64,000 nt of DNA, taken from the NCBI GenBank assembly GCA_965263035.1, contig OZ253580.1, positions 160,001-224,000 of the forward strand, given 5' to 3'. This stretch comes from Acidobacteriota bacterium. GTDB taxonomy: Bacteria > Acidobacteriota > UBA6911 > RPQK01 > JAJDTT01. The notes under the pieces are model-generated. The model was given only the letters and a program-made list of their open reading frames with translations. It was not told the DNA's origin and did no database searches. This document shows, piece by piece, positions 29,001-38,261 of the stretch; the stretch's first letter is position 1, and every line of letters begins with the position of its first letter. A program made the position numbers and the translations under genes.

Positions 29001-30771
29001 TTTCTTCGAACGGATAGTCGAGGGGGAGGAAGACGAGGATCAGTTTGCAACGAGCGACATCGAGAGCATTCTGGGACTGTTCGCCGCTCAAGGAGCTCCG
29101 GAGCGGATGCTTCGCTGGCACTACCGAAGCCGTCATGAATCGTTGATCACCGTCTCGAACCATGAGTTCTACGAGAATCGGCTGGTGATTTTTCCGAGTC
29201 CGGACGCGCAGCGGAAGAAGGTCGGACTCCAGTTTCGGTGCGGCCCCGACAATTACTACGAGCGGGGCGCCGGGCGGAGTTTCAATCCAGGCGAAGCCCG
29301 TACAGTAGCCGGAGCGGTCATGGAACACGCGCGAACTCAGCCCGATCTGACGCTGGGAGTCGCCGCGTTCAGCATTTCGCAGGCCCGAAGGATCGAGGAT
29401 GAACTGGAAATTCTCCGCCGCCAGGATCCCTCCCAAGAATCATTTTTCGCCAAGCACCCGGATGAGCCTTTTTTCGTCAAGAACCTGGAGAACGTCCAGG
29501 GGGACGAACGGGATATGATCTTCATCAGCGTCGGCTACGGCAAGACCGAGGACGGGCGCATGCCGATGAATTTTGGACCTCTCAACCAGGACGGTGGCGA
29601 GCGGCGCCTGAACGTGCTCATTACGCGCGCTCGCCGGGTTTGCGTCGTCTACTCGAACTTCAACGCCGACGACTTGGACCTGAGGCGAACCAACGCTCGC
29701 GGCGTCCAGGCTCTCCAGACGTTTCTGAAGTATGCCGCGACCGGAATCCTTGAAGTCCCGCGAGCATCAGGGCGGGAGGCCGATTCCTTGTTTGAGGAGG
29801 CGATCGCCTCGAGATTGAAAGCGCGCGGCCATTCCGTCGAACACCAGATCGGATCGAGCGGATTCTTCGTGGACCTGGCGATCGTCGACCGGAATCGCCC
29901 GGGACGTTATCTGCTGGGAATCGAATGCGACGGGGCCACTTACCACAGCGCGCGCTCGGCTCGCGATCGAGACCGCCTCCGGCAGCAGGTACTCGAGGGC
30001 TTGGGCTGGACCATCCATCGTATCTGGAGCACCGACTGGTTCCATCACCCCGAGCGGGAGATGGAAAAGGTCGAAGATGCGATCCGGCGGGCCAAGCTGG
30101 ACGATTCCTTCAGCGAACCGGCTCCCGAGAGACCCCGGAGTCACGCGGCTCCAATTTCCCGCGTTCAGGTCCCGGAGGCTACACAGCAGGTTGCTGGTCC
30201 ATACCTCCTGGCAAACCCAGGGGTCCGCCTAATGGGTCAGGAATTCCATGAAGTGTGGTCCGAGCATTTGATGAATTGGATTCTCCAGGTAGTTCACGTG
30301 GAGAGTCCGGTGCACCTGCAAGAGGTCGCGCGCCGAATTGCCACCGCGGCCGGTGTGAAGCGGGTCGGCCGCCGAATTCGAAATCGAATTCAGACTACTG
30401 CTGACGAAGCCGTCCGCGACGGAAAGATTTACCGGATGGACAACTTCCTGTGGCGTCGCGACCACAAACAGGTTCCACTTCGGCGCCGGGACCGCCTGCC
30501 ACCTGCGATGCGCAAGATCGATCTGATCTCACCGCAGGAAATCGGCACCGCTCTAATACACGCGGTCCGAGCCAGCCATGGCATCGACAAAACCGGTGCC
30601 ATCAACGAGGCGGCCCGGCTATTCGGGTTCAAAAGGGTCGGGCCGGGTATTCGATCAAGCTTCAAGACCGTCCTTGACAGACTTGTCGAGGGCGGCGCTC
30701 TGAATTATCAACGGCAGCACCTGCATCCGGGTCCAAACGAGATTCCGCTTCCGGGTGCGGATGAAGGATAA
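26017..30771 (+). CDS. DUF4011 - SF1 helicase - Vsr-like nuclease - DUF3320 protein (Hhe-like defence protein)
   Basis: LLDLTLRNPLLNF, QGPPGTGKSQTI, FDEASQ, GDSKQLPP, LRWHYRSRHE, NVQGDERD, GIECDGATYHSARSARDRDRLRQ.VLE.LGW.IHRIWSTDW. Confidence 0.88.
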   Translation: MSASPSVAARLDRSRRDLLDLTLRNPLLNFRPSKTRGLTITGEIPREIFRIIARDERLMYFLPTGSSGEDESLEAVIPRALLSSITEYEDPSAEPAAHHVDNQLQTPYSATHLEIRLKNTFRAAHTSIEEQGVNILFLALGTLNWSESESSELPRIAPLILVPVKLARTSVRARYRLGYTGEEIGANLSLEAKLKADFDIRLPELPDAEDLDVNDYFQKVRAAISGKERWTVDANAIFLGFFSFSKLLIYKDLDPASWPEDAPPSDHPVVEALLSPDGFRNGAPDDIEEEGLDPRLTAPDAHQILDSDSSQTLAVIDAMKGRNLVIQGPPGTGKSQTITNLIAEAIAQDKKVLFVAEKMAALEVVKRRLDSVHIGDACLELHSHTANKKAVVDELRRTLHLGKPQIKDVTEDRLLMERRRKRLDGYSTAVNTPIGQSGFTPHEVIGKLSRFEELDAGTAWPLLSGGVVASCGRREFLLLQEFVAELQESVSAIGKPREHIFWESTRTSYLPTERLRILTALRNAADALRKLRGSVVTLQKSARLDDLEPDLEKVARLTRTVLRATERPDLMNVDHRHPDWKFRHDEIEETARELLEVSEIRSRYESLLVPEAWDQNVLSYRRPLVECGDKWWRFLSGKYRAARNGLQVLCRSDLPSEGSSQVKIVEAILREQRLRKRIEDSTLLPHLFPGFRLDRNPARNRQLSEVMNWLLVLYREKAGDAVDERVHELLDRDLDREELKHLVETCTGDAGILSAALATVAEILELNPSRSPKGIALAEHRFSDMEIWLDAARNQLNSLREIVRFNTTEKRLVDAGLKEVIDTAISWSQAGVHLVDLFERSWLVALIEAAFRERPVLSEFDGGTHQKFIEQFCKLDTDFFQHNRALVAQAHWGRLPRHHGGGQLGVLKREFEKKRRHLPLRKLMAKAGNAIQQVKPIFMMSPLSVAKFIPPESVRFDLVIFDEASQVKPVEAMGAIRRGRHSIVVGDSKQLPPTRFFERIVEGEEDEDQFATSDIESILGLFAAQGAPERMLRWHYRSRHESLITVSNHEFYENRLVIFPSPDAQRKKVGLQFRCGPDNYYERGAGRSFNPGEARTVAGAVMEHARTQPDLTLGVAAFSISQARRIEDELEILRRQDPSQESFFAKHPDEPFFVKNLENVQGDERDMIFISVGYGKTEDGRMPMNFGPLNQDGGERRLNVLITRARRVCVVYSNFNADDLDLRRTNARGVQALQTFLKYAATGILEVPRASGREADSLFEEAIASRLKARGHSVEHQIGSSGFFVDLAIVDRNRPGRYLLGIECDGATYHSARSARDRDRLRQQVLEGLGWTIHRIWSTDWFHHPEREMEKVEDAIRRAKLDDSFSEPAPERPRSHAAPISRVQVPEATQQVAGPYLLANPGVRLMGQEFHEVWSEHLMNWILQVVHVESPVHLQEVARRIATAAGVKRVGRRIRNRIQTTADEAVRDGKIYRMDNFLWRRDHKQVPLRRRDRLPPAMRKIDLISPQEIGTALIHAVRASHGIDKTGAINEAARLFGFKRVGPGIRSSFKTVLDRLVEGGALNYQRQHLHPGPNEIPLPGADEG

Positions 30772-30808
30772 GGAAGTCTCCATCGTTCCCTTCATCAATT
30801 TCACCGAG

Positions 30809-30967
30809 GAGCCTGCGCCGCAGAAATTGATCTACTGCGAAAGCGGTAGAATCGGTCCATATTTCCTCGATTTCTCGGCGAATAGAACAACTATGCACCT
30901 CCAAATCGAGAAAATCTGGCCTCGATTCCCCACTTTCTCGCTACGATCATTTCTACCGCGCAGACTC
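30809..30967 (+). mobile_element. MITE family A copy 4 (159 bp)
   Basis: Same sequence. Target duplication CGAG at 30805-30808 and 30968-30971. Confidence 0.93.
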
Positions 30968-31023
30968 CGAGGTTCGGGCAACCTGCGACGGCAGTCCTCT
31001 TTCGACTTGGGATCAGTCCACTC

Positions 31024-31875
31024 TTAGTCGAGATTGGCTTCAGCGAAACCTTTGGAGGGGTCTTTCTTGATGGCGATGATGGTCCGATCGTCGTACTGTC
31101 GATCGGCACCGTCGAAGGCCGCAACATCCGCCATGATGGTGTCGCAGATCTCCTTGGCGGAGCGGTGCCGGTTGGCCCACGCCAGCTTTCGAAGGGCCTC
31201 GAACCCGTATTCCCTTCCCTCCCCGTTCCGAGTCTCGATGATGCCATCGGTGTAACCGAGGAGCACGTCATCCAGCTCCATACGCGTCTCGCCGATCCGA
31301 TACTCGATGGGTGGAGTCCAAAATGCCCCCAGGACCAGGCCGCCCACGTCCAGGGTTTCGATTCGATCCCGTTTCAGGATCAGGGGACTGAAATGGCCGG
31401 CGTTGATGTAGCGGACGACGCCGTCTACGTGAACTTCCCCGTAGAACGCGGAGATGAATTGATCGGTCCGGGACGACCGGAACATGCGGCGATTGATCTT
31501 GGAAAAGAGTAGAGAGGTCGTATCCTGGGCGTAGGCCGCCTCGAAGGCGATGGCCGTATAGAGGGCCGTGTTGAAGTCCCGGATCAGCATCGCCGCCACC
31601 AGACCGTGACCGGCGGCATCGGCAATGACGACGCCGAAACGGCCCTTGAGACCGAACCGCCCTTCCAGATTGATGAAATCGTAAAAATCCCCTCCGACGA
31701 CGGCGGTGGGGAGGGTCATGCCGAAGATGTCGTAGTCGGCATAGGCCGTCACCCGCCCCGGATCGGGCATGATGCGGCGCTGCATGTCGGCCAGGGAGAC
31801 GAACTCCTCTTCAATCTCCCTCAGGTCCATGCGGGCGATTCGGGTGAGCTTGTCCGGATCGCTCGCCTCAGTCAC
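31024..31875 (-). CDS. PP2C/SpoIIE (RsbU-like) Ser/Thr phosphatase
   Basis: VGGDFYD, IADAAGHG, NAGH, YTDGIIE, DDRT. Confidence 0.92.
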   Translation of the reverse strand: MTEASDPDKLTRIARMDLREIEEEFVSLADMQRRIMPDPGRVTAYADYDIFGMTLPTAVVGGDFYDFINLEGRFGLKGRFGVVIADAAGHGLVAAMLIRDFNTALYTAIAFEAAYAQDTTSLLFSKINRRMFRSSRTDQFISAFYGEVHVDGVVRYINAGHFSPLILKRDRIETLDVGGLVLGAFWTPPIEYRIGETRMELDDVLLGYTDGIIETRNGEGREYGFEALRKLAWANRHRSAKEICDTIMADVAAFDGADRQYDDRTIIAIKKDPSKGFAEANLD

Positions 31876-32876
31876 GCTTCCTCACTCGTAAAGCGATCCA
31901 CGACCCGGGCCTGGATCTGACTCTCCGGACCCGACTGCACGCCAAGAATCTGTCCCGGACGGGCAAAAGCCCGCCTCACATACCCCAGGGCAATGGGTCC
32001 GTTCAGACGCGGTGAGAGCACGGCGCTGGTCACCGAACCGATGGCCTTGCCTTCGGGACTCAGGACCCGAGCTCCCGGCTCCGGAGGCACTTCTCCATCC
32101 AGGACCAAGCCCATGAGAAACCTTCCGACGCCTCCGATGTGGGTGGCCTTGGCCACGACCTCCTGCCCCAGATAGCATCCCTTGGTCAGGCTGATGGCCG
32201 AGTCCAGCCGGGCCTCCATAGGGTAGTTGCCCTCGTCCATGTCCACGCCGAATTGCGGAATGGCGGCCTCGATTCGAAGCAGATTCCAGACCTCGGGATC
32301 CAGCCTCCGGACGGGAAACGATCCATTCCACTCCGACAAGGCTCGGCTCATGGAGGAACCGGTCTTCCGCGGCACCAGAATTTCGCAGCCTGCCGCCCCG
32401 ATGTCCGATTTGTGGATCAACAAGGCGGAGTCTCCGTCCCAATCCGTCTCCACGACATGAAGAGGCCGGGCCGGGATCTCGGCTGGAAGCAGCGCCCGGA
32501 CCAGATCTCCTGTCCTCGGACCCTGGAGTGAGAAGTGGCTGAATTGGTCGCTGAGCGACAGCTCCACCTCGTCCATGATGACGTAGGCCTCCAGCGCCTT
32601 CCGGGTCCGCTCGGCCAGGGACGACTCCAGGTCCATAAGGACCATTTGGGGCAGCCGGTAGTAGTAGAAGTCCGCAACCATCTTGCCGCGGGCGGTCAAG
32701 AAGGTCCCATACCGGCCCTGGTAGTCCTCCAGGCCCTCGACGTCGTTGCTGATCATGGAATGGAGGAATCGGATCCGGTCCGCTCCGGTCACCCGAAGTT
32801 GGCCCCGGCGGGACAGGTGCCGCCATCCGACGCCGGTACTGACTGATTGGTACTGTTTCCGACTTTCAGGATTCAT
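31872..32876 (-). CDS. YgfZ/GcvT-family folate-binding aminomethyltransferase-like protein
   Basis: KGCYLGQEVVA motif, VTGADRIRFL. Confidence 0.92.
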   Translation of the reverse strand: MNPESRKQYQSVSTGVGWRHLSRRGQLRVTGADRIRFLHSMISNDVEGLEDYQGRYGTFLTARGKMVADFYYYRLPQMVLMDLESSLAERTRKALEAYVIMDEVELSLSDQFSHFSLQGPRTGDLVRALLPAEIPARPLHVVETDWDGDSALLIHKSDIGAAGCEILVPRKTGSSMSRALSEWNGSFPVRRLDPEVWNLLRIEAAIPQFGVDMDEGNYPMEARLDSAISLTKGCYLGQEVVAKATHIGGVGRFLMGLVLDGEVPPEPGARVLSPEGKAIGSVTSAVLSPRLNGPIALGYVRRAFARPGQILGVQSGPESQIQARVVDRFTSEEA

Positions 32877-32960
32877 TTGCAGTCGAAGTCGGGAATGCGC
32901 CGAGGGATCCGCCCACATCCGGAGCCGTCCGCGCTTGGGCCATCACGGCGCCTTCGATGG

Positions 32961-33671
32961 CTAAAGCGTCTCGCCAGGGCTCATGGCGAAGACCTCGGTC
33001 CCCAGATCCCGGGTCAGACGGGCCAACTCTGCCGGGGTGCCGGTGAGGATGGGAAAGGTCCCGTAGTGCATGGGAATCACCTTCCGGGCGTTCATCAGCC
33101 GGCAGGCATAGGCCGCCTCCACGGGACCCATGGTGAAGTGGTCTCCGATAGGCAGGAAGATCAGCTCGGGCTGGTAGATCTCGGCGATGATCTTCATGTC
33201 GCCGAAGACACAGGTGTCGCCGGCGAAATAGATGCGCAGGCCGTTCTCGAACTCCACGACGTACCCGGCGGGCTCTCCGCCCTCGATCATGTTGCCGTCG
33301 GCACCCATGATCCCGGAACTGTGCCGTGCGTCCACCATGGTGACCCGAAGATCCCCCACGGTCACGGTTCCGCCCTTGTTCATGGCCACAATGTTGGAGA
33401 CCCCCTGCTTTTCCAGCCAGTTCCCAATTTCCAAGATGCAGACGACCTGGGGCTCCAGCCGTGTGGCCAAGCTGACGGCATCCTGAATATGATCGAAATG
33501 CCCGTGGGTCACCAAGATGACGTCCAGCGAGTCGATCTGTGCCGCCTCCTTGGGACAGGCCGGGTTGTGATCGGTCCAGGGATCGATCAGCACCTTCCGT
33601 CCGGACGGTGACGTGAACAGGAACGTACTGTGACCCAGATATTGGATCTCGACTCCGCGACCGATACCCAT
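32961..33671 (-). CDS. Metallo-beta-lactamase-fold hydrolase (UPF0173)
   Basis: YLGHS, THGHFDH, FAGDT, PIGDHFTMG, IPMHYGTF. Confidence 0.92.
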   Translation of the reverse strand: MGIGRGVEIQYLGHSTFLFTSPSGRKVLIDPWTDHNPACPKEAAQIDSLDVILVTHGHFDHIQDAVSLATRLEPQVVCILEIGNWLEKQGVSNIVAMNKGGTVTVGDLRVTMVDARHSSGIMGADGNMIEGGEPAGYVVEFENGLRIYFAGDTCVFGDMKIIAEIYQPELIFLPIGDHFTMGPVEAAYACRLMNARKVIPMHYGTFPILTGTPAELARLTRDLGTEVFAMSPGETL

Positions 33672-33876
33672 GGCGCCCTCCTTAGGGGGCACAATATACT
33701 CGCCCCGGAGAATCGAGTAAACTCGCCCCGCTGGTGAGAGTCCCGCGTGACACCGAAACCGGGAATGCACGCCGGACATGGCGCGGCGACTCAATCGCAA
33801 CCCGGTGCGGTTGCCCTTCTCGTTCGATCGCCCCTGGCTGCCTGCTCGCCACGGCGGTTCACATGTGACGTCAGGA

Positions 33877-34233
33877 ATGGATAGCCTACGTCTACAAGAC
33901 ATCGAGTGCCGGTCCCGCATCGGAGTGACCCCCGAGGAGCGGGCGCGGCCCCAATCGATCCGGGTCGACCTGGATCTGAGCCTGGACCTGGAAGCGGCCG
34001 GCAATAGCGACGCCATCGATCTGACGGTGGACTACGTGACGGTCGTGGACCGGGTGCAGGCCATCGCTGCCGAGAGGGAGTACCGTCTGGTGGAGGCGCT
34101 GGTCCGGACCCTCTGCCGGCGTCTGCTGGAGGAGAACCCTATTTTTCGAGTTCAGGTGACGGTCAGGAAACGACCTGAAGAACTGAAGGCGAAACTGAGG
34201 GAAGTGGCCGTGACCATGGTCCGGCCCGCTTGA
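33877..34233 (+). CDS. folB: Dihydroneopterin aldolase
   Basis: IGVTPEER..PQ.I.VDL, TVDY, LVEAL, VRKRP. Confidence 0.9.
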   Translation: MDSLRLQDIECRSRIGVTPEERARPQSIRVDLDLSLDLEAAGNSDAIDLTVDYVTVVDRVQAIAAEREYRLVEALVRTLCRRLLEENPIFRVQVTVRKRPEELKAKLREVAVTMVRPA

Positions 34234-34293
34234 TCTTCCGACCGGCGGCTCGCGATCAGAAGCGCCAGTCGGGTCCGGAGGCGGCCCGGCGGG

Positions 34294-34620
34294 TCAGATG
34301 CCGAAGGACTGGCCGCAGCTACAGGTTCGGCTGGCGTTGGGATTCACGAAGGTGAACCCCTGCTGCATCATTGATCCGCGCCAGTCCAGTCCCATGCCCT
34401 TGAGGAACAGATAGCTCTTCATGTCCACAAAGACCTGCACGCCGTAGTCCTCGAAGATCCGGTCGCCCGGTCTCTTCTCCTCCTCGAATCGCATGACGTA
34501 GCTCAGTCCGGAACATCCCCCTCCGCGGACTCCCAGGCGAAGTCCACCTCGGATGAGCCCCTCCTGTTGAAGGCCCTGCTTGATCTTCTCTGCCGCTGCC
34601 TCTGTGATGCTGATGGACAT
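34294..34620 (-). CDS. iscA: HesB/IscA A-type iron-sulfur carrier (second copy)
   Basis: GGGCSGLSY, NPNASRTCSCGQSF. Confidence 0.92.
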   Translation of the reverse strand: MSISITEAAAEKIKQGLQQEGLIRGGLRLGVRGGGCSGLSYVMRFEEEKRPGDRIFEDYGVQVFVDMKSYLFLKGMGLDWRGSMMQQGFTFVNPNASRTCSCGQSFGI

Positions 34621-34648
34621 GTCCTGCCGGTGCTCCCGCTTCGTCTAG

Positions 34649-34806
34649 TAGTCCGTGGTGAAAGTCCCGCGAGCACCGAGACCGTTCCTGCGCCCGCCGG
34701 ACCAGGCGCGATGAGGGAGCATACCGGGAGTATGTGACCGAGTCGCAACGCAGTCCGCCGGGATGCAGGGACGGTCGAATGCCGTGACGACTTTCACCAC
34801 GGACTA
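34649..34806 (+). mobile_element. MITE family B copy 2 (158 bp)
   Basis: Perfect TIR TAGTCCGTGGTGAAAGTC/GACTTTCACCACGGACTA. Flanks CTAG / CTAT. Confidence 0.9.
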
Positions 34807-34821
34807 CTATACTACCATCCA

Positions 34822-35433
34822 ATGCTGAACCGGGTCGCCTCCGTGATTCTGGCCGCAGGCGACTCCCGCCGTATGGGGCGCCCCAAGGCCTTGGTGCCAC
34901 TGGGAGGCAAAGCCTTTCTGCAACACATTCTCGACCGCCACCTGACCCTCGGGTCGGACTCCTGGGTGGTGCTGGGACGGCAGCATCGCCAGATCCGGAG
35001 CCGGCTGGACCTGACGGGAGCGCAGGTCCTGGTCAACCCGGAACCGGATCGGGGTCCTCTCTCCAGCCTCCTTCTGGTTCTGGAGAGACTCGACGGCTAC
35101 GACGGCGTGCTGGTGCATCCGGTGGACCACCCCCTCGTGGCCACGTCCACCCTTCATGCCCTTCTCCGAGAACATTTTCGGTGTCCCGCCTGCATCCTGA
35201 TTCCCCGGCACCGCGGGAAAAAGGGACACCCGGTGCTCTTTCCGCACCGGTTCTTTGCCGAGTTGAAGCAAGCCCCGTTGAACCAGGGGGCGCGCTGGGT
35301 GGTCAGGCACCGATTGAGCTCCCAGTTGCTGGTGCCCGTGGTGGACGCGGGCGTGGTGACCAACGTCAACCTGCCGGAGCAGGTGGATCGCCTCCGGCGA
35401 GCCGGACACGGCGTGGGTTATCCGACGGTTTAA
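34822..35433 (+). CDS. MocA/MobA-like nucleotidyltransferase
   Basis: ILAAGDSRRMGRPKAL, PVDHP, GHPVLF. Confidence 0.88.
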   Translation: MLNRVASVILAAGDSRRMGRPKALVPLGGKAFLQHILDRHLTLGSDSWVVLGRQHRQIRSRLDLTGAQVLVNPEPDRGPLSSLLLVLERLDGYDGVLVHPVDHPLVATSTLHALLREHFRCPACILIPRHRGKKGHPVLFPHRFFAELKQAPLNQGARWVVRHRLSSQLLVPVVDAGVVTNVNLPEQVDRLRRAGHGVGYPTV

Positions 35434-36857
35434 TACGCCGGGACCGAAGGATCCACGTCCTGGGCCCAGGCCAGGATTCCGCCCTCCAGGTTCCGAACCT
35501 TCCGGAAACCGGCCTGACGCAAAAGTTGAACGGCCTGTGCGCTCCGGGCGCCTGATCGGCACTGGGCCACGATCTCCCGGGAGGTGTCCAGTTCGTTCAG
35601 CCGGTTGAGCAGATCGCCCAAGGGGATCAGGTGGGCCCCGTCGATTCGGCAGATCTCGTATTCGGGCGGGTTGCGCACGTCCAGAATGAAGACGTCGTCA
35701 CCCCGGTCCAATTCCTGCTTCAACTCCACCGCCGTCACTTCCTCCACCGATGTGGCCGACTCGGGCTCGATGCCGCAGAACTGTTCGTAGTCGATGAGCT
35801 CGTGCAAGGTGGGTTCGTCCCCGCAGACGGGGCATTCCGGATCTCTACGCAGCTTCAGCTCCCGGAACTTCATGCCCAAGGCGTCGAAAAGGAGCAGGCG
35901 GCCCATCAGGGGATCGCCCTGCTCCAAGATCAGCTTCACGACTTCGGTCGCCTGAATGATCCCCACGAGTCCCGGAAGAATCCCCAGGACTCCCCCCTCG
36001 GCGCAGGAGGGCACCAGGCCCGGGGGTGGCGGCTCCGGGTAGAGGCAGCGATAGCAGGGTCCGTCCGGGAGAGCGAAGACCGAGGCCTGACCCTCGAACC
36101 TGAAGATGCTGGCGTAGACGTTCGGTTTTCCGCTCAGCACACAGGCGTCATTGACCAGATATCGGGTGGGAAAGTTGTCGGTTCCGTCGGCCACGACGTC
36201 GTAGTACCGGAACAGGCCGAGCGCGTTCTCGGAACTGAGGCGTAGCTGGTGGGTCTCCACCTGGACGTGGGGGTTGATCTGAGCCAGAGTCTCTTGTGCC
36301 GACACTAGCTTGGGCCGTCCCACGTCGCTGGTTCCATGGAGAATCTGCCGCTGCAGATTGCTCTCGTCCACCACGTCGAAATCCACGAGACCGAGGCGGC
36401 CGACTCCGGCCGCCGCCAGGTACATGGCCAGGGGTGACCCCAGACCGCCTGCGCCGATGCACAGGACGCTGGCCTGCTTCAGCTTCCGCTGTCCCTCCAG
36501 GCCCACCTCGGGCATGATCAGGTGACGGCTGTACCGCCGAATCTCGTCGTGGGTGAGCTGGCCGGGCGGCGTGGCAACTACGCTGCCACCGGCGATGGAG
36601 GGCACGATGCTCACCGTATCGCCGTCGCTGACGGCCGTGTCTTCCCTCTGCAGGTATCGAATGTCTTCGTCGTTCAGGTAAACGTTGACGAAGTTCCTCA
36701 GACGGCCCTGAGGGGTATAGAGGTGCTTGCGAAGCGTACCGTGTTGCTCGGTGAGGCTCTGCAGAACCTCCCGTATGGTGGCTCCCTCCAACTCCAAAGA
36801 CTCCCGGTTGCCCACATGAGGCCTCAGGGGAGTGGGAATGAACACCTTGACAGCCAT
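35430..36857 (-). CDS. moeB: Fused ubiquitin-like sulfur carrier - MoeB/E1 adenylyltransferase - rhodanese protein
   Basis: N-terminal MoaD/CysO domain ending SIAGG (aa 91), then RYSRH, GAGGLGS, SNLQRQ, CYRC, CPVC, and a C-terminal rhodanese CRSGARS. Confidence 0.93.
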   Translation of the reverse strand: MAVKVFIPTPLRPHVGNRESLELEGATIREVLQSLTEQHGTLRKHLYTPQGRLRNFVNVYLNDEDIRYLQREDTAVSDGDTVSIVPSIAGGSVVATPPGQLTHDEIRRYSRHLIMPEVGLEGQRKLKQASVLCIGAGGLGSPLAMYLAAAGVGRLGLVDFDVVDESNLQRQILHGTSDVGRPKLVSAQETLAQINPHVQVETHQLRLSSENALGLFRYYDVVADGTDNFPTRYLVNDACVLSGKPNVYASIFRFEGQASVFALPDGPCYRCLYPEPPPPGLVPSCAEGGVLGILPGLVGIIQATEVVKLILEQGDPLMGRLLLFDALGMKFRELKLRRDPECPVCGDEPTLHELIDYEQFCGIEPESATSVEEVTAVELKQELDRGDDVFILDVRNPPEYEICRIDGAHLIPLGDLLNRLNELDTSREIVAQCRSGARSAQAVQLLRQAGFRKVRNLEGGILAWAQDVDPSVPAY

Positions 36858-36888
36858 GGCTTTCCTCCTAGTCGGAAACGAACAGATC

Positions 36889-37320
36889 TTAATCTCCCTG
36901 GGGTTCCAATTTCCATTCTTCCGGCTCGAAGCCGGAACGGTCTTCCATCAAGAGCCAGGATAATATTTCCGCCGTCTTACCCTGGCGCACCGACGCGATC
37001 AGGTACGAGTACCAGGGCCAAGCATGGTCCCGATCATATTCGGACGGGCGGGCCGGGACGTCCGGGTGACTGTGAAAATAACCCAGAATCTCCAACTCGC
37101 CTCCCCGCAGTCGCTTATACCACTCCAGCAGAAACTCGGGGGCGATCAGGTATCGATTGGCAGCACTGTCGCTTCTCTGGTTCTGAGCCTCCACCACCCG
37201 GGAAACCCGCTTGAACCCGTCGCCCGCCGAACCGACCAGGAGTCCGCAGCACTCGTGAGGATAGGTCTTCTCGGCAATAGTCTTGATGCGCCCCAGGTCC
37301 TCCGGTTTCAAATAGAGCAT
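36889..37320 (-). CDS. M67/JAB (Mec-like) metallopeptidase
   Basis: YPHECCGLL, FHSHPDVPARPSEYD JAMM motif. Confidence 0.92.
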   Translation of the reverse strand: MLYLKPEDLGRIKTIAEKTYPHECCGLLVGSAGDGFKRVSRVVEAQNQRSDSAANRYLIAPEFLLEWYKRLRGGELEILGYFHSHPDVPARPSEYDRDHAWPWYSYLIASVRQGKTAEILSWLLMEDRSGFEPEEWKLEPQGD

Positions 37321-38243
37321 CAAGCACTCTCCCAGAACGCCTCTGAGAGGTATTTGTCTCCCGCATCCGGGAATATGGCTACGATGACGCCGTGATCCAG
37401 GTTGCGGGCGACCTCGAGCGCCCCAGCCATGGCCGCTCCCGCGGAGATCCCCGCGAAGATACCCTCCTCCCGGGCCAACCTCAGGACCATCTGCTGTCCT
37501 GCTTCGGTGGATATCTCCATATTCAGGTCGGCCAGATTTGGATCGTAGATGGAGGGGACCAGCGCCGTGGGCATGTGCTTGAGACCCTCCAGGCCGTGGA
37601 AGGGAGAATCGGGCATGAAGGAGATGGCCTGAATCCGCGGATTCAGCTCCTTGAGCCGGCGGGTCGATCCGACGAAGGTTCCACTCGTTCCCAGACCCGC
37701 CACGAAGTGGGTGATCCCGCCGTTCGTCTGCCGGTAGATCTCCAATGCCGTGGTCTCGTAGTGGGCCCTCCAGTTGGCGTCATTGCTGTACTGGTCCGGG
37801 TAGAAATACTCTTCCGGAGACTCCTGGTAGAGGCGGCGGATCTCCCGGATAGACCCGTCGGAACCCTCCAGCGGATCGGTCAGGCGAATCTTGGCCCCAT
37901 AGGCCCGCAGAATCTTCTTCCGTTCGATGCTGGCGTTGGCGGGCAGGGCCAACAGGACATCGTAACCCCGGGCGGCTGCGATCATGGCGTAGGCAATCCC
38001 GGTGTTGCCGCTGGTGGAATCGATGAGCGTGCGCCCCGGCCGCAGCAACCCCCGCTCCTCCGCCGTCCGGATCATGTTGTAGGCGGCCCGGTCCTTGACC
38101 GATCCACCGGGGTTGAATCCCTCCAGCTTCGCCAGGATGCGGACCCGGCCCGGCGGCAGAATCCTCCGGATCTCAACCAGCGGCGTGTTGCCAATCCGAC
38201 TCAGCAGACTCTCTTTCGGCTCGACTGCCAACTCGACTTCCAT
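37320..38243 (-). CDS. cysM: PLP-dependent cysteine synthase
   Basis: IGNTPLV, NPGGSVKDR, TSGNTG, GLGTSGT, DAGDKYLS. Confidence 0.92.
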   Translation of the reverse strand: MEVELAVEPKESLLSRIGNTPLVEIRRILPPGRVRILAKLEGFNPGGSVKDRAAYNMIRTAEERGLLRPGRTLIDSTSGNTGIAYAMIAAARGYDVLLALPANASIERKKILRAYGAKIRLTDPLEGSDGSIREIRRLYQESPEEYFYPDQYSNDANWRAHYETTALEIYRQTNGGITHFVAGLGTSGTFVGSTRRLKELNPRIQAISFMPDSPFHGLEGLKHMPTALVPSIYDPNLADLNMEISTEAGQQMVLRLAREEGIFAGISAGAAMAGALEVARNLDHGVIVAIFPDAGDKYLSEAFWESA

Positions 38244-38261
38244 GAGTCCCGTACACGCTCC

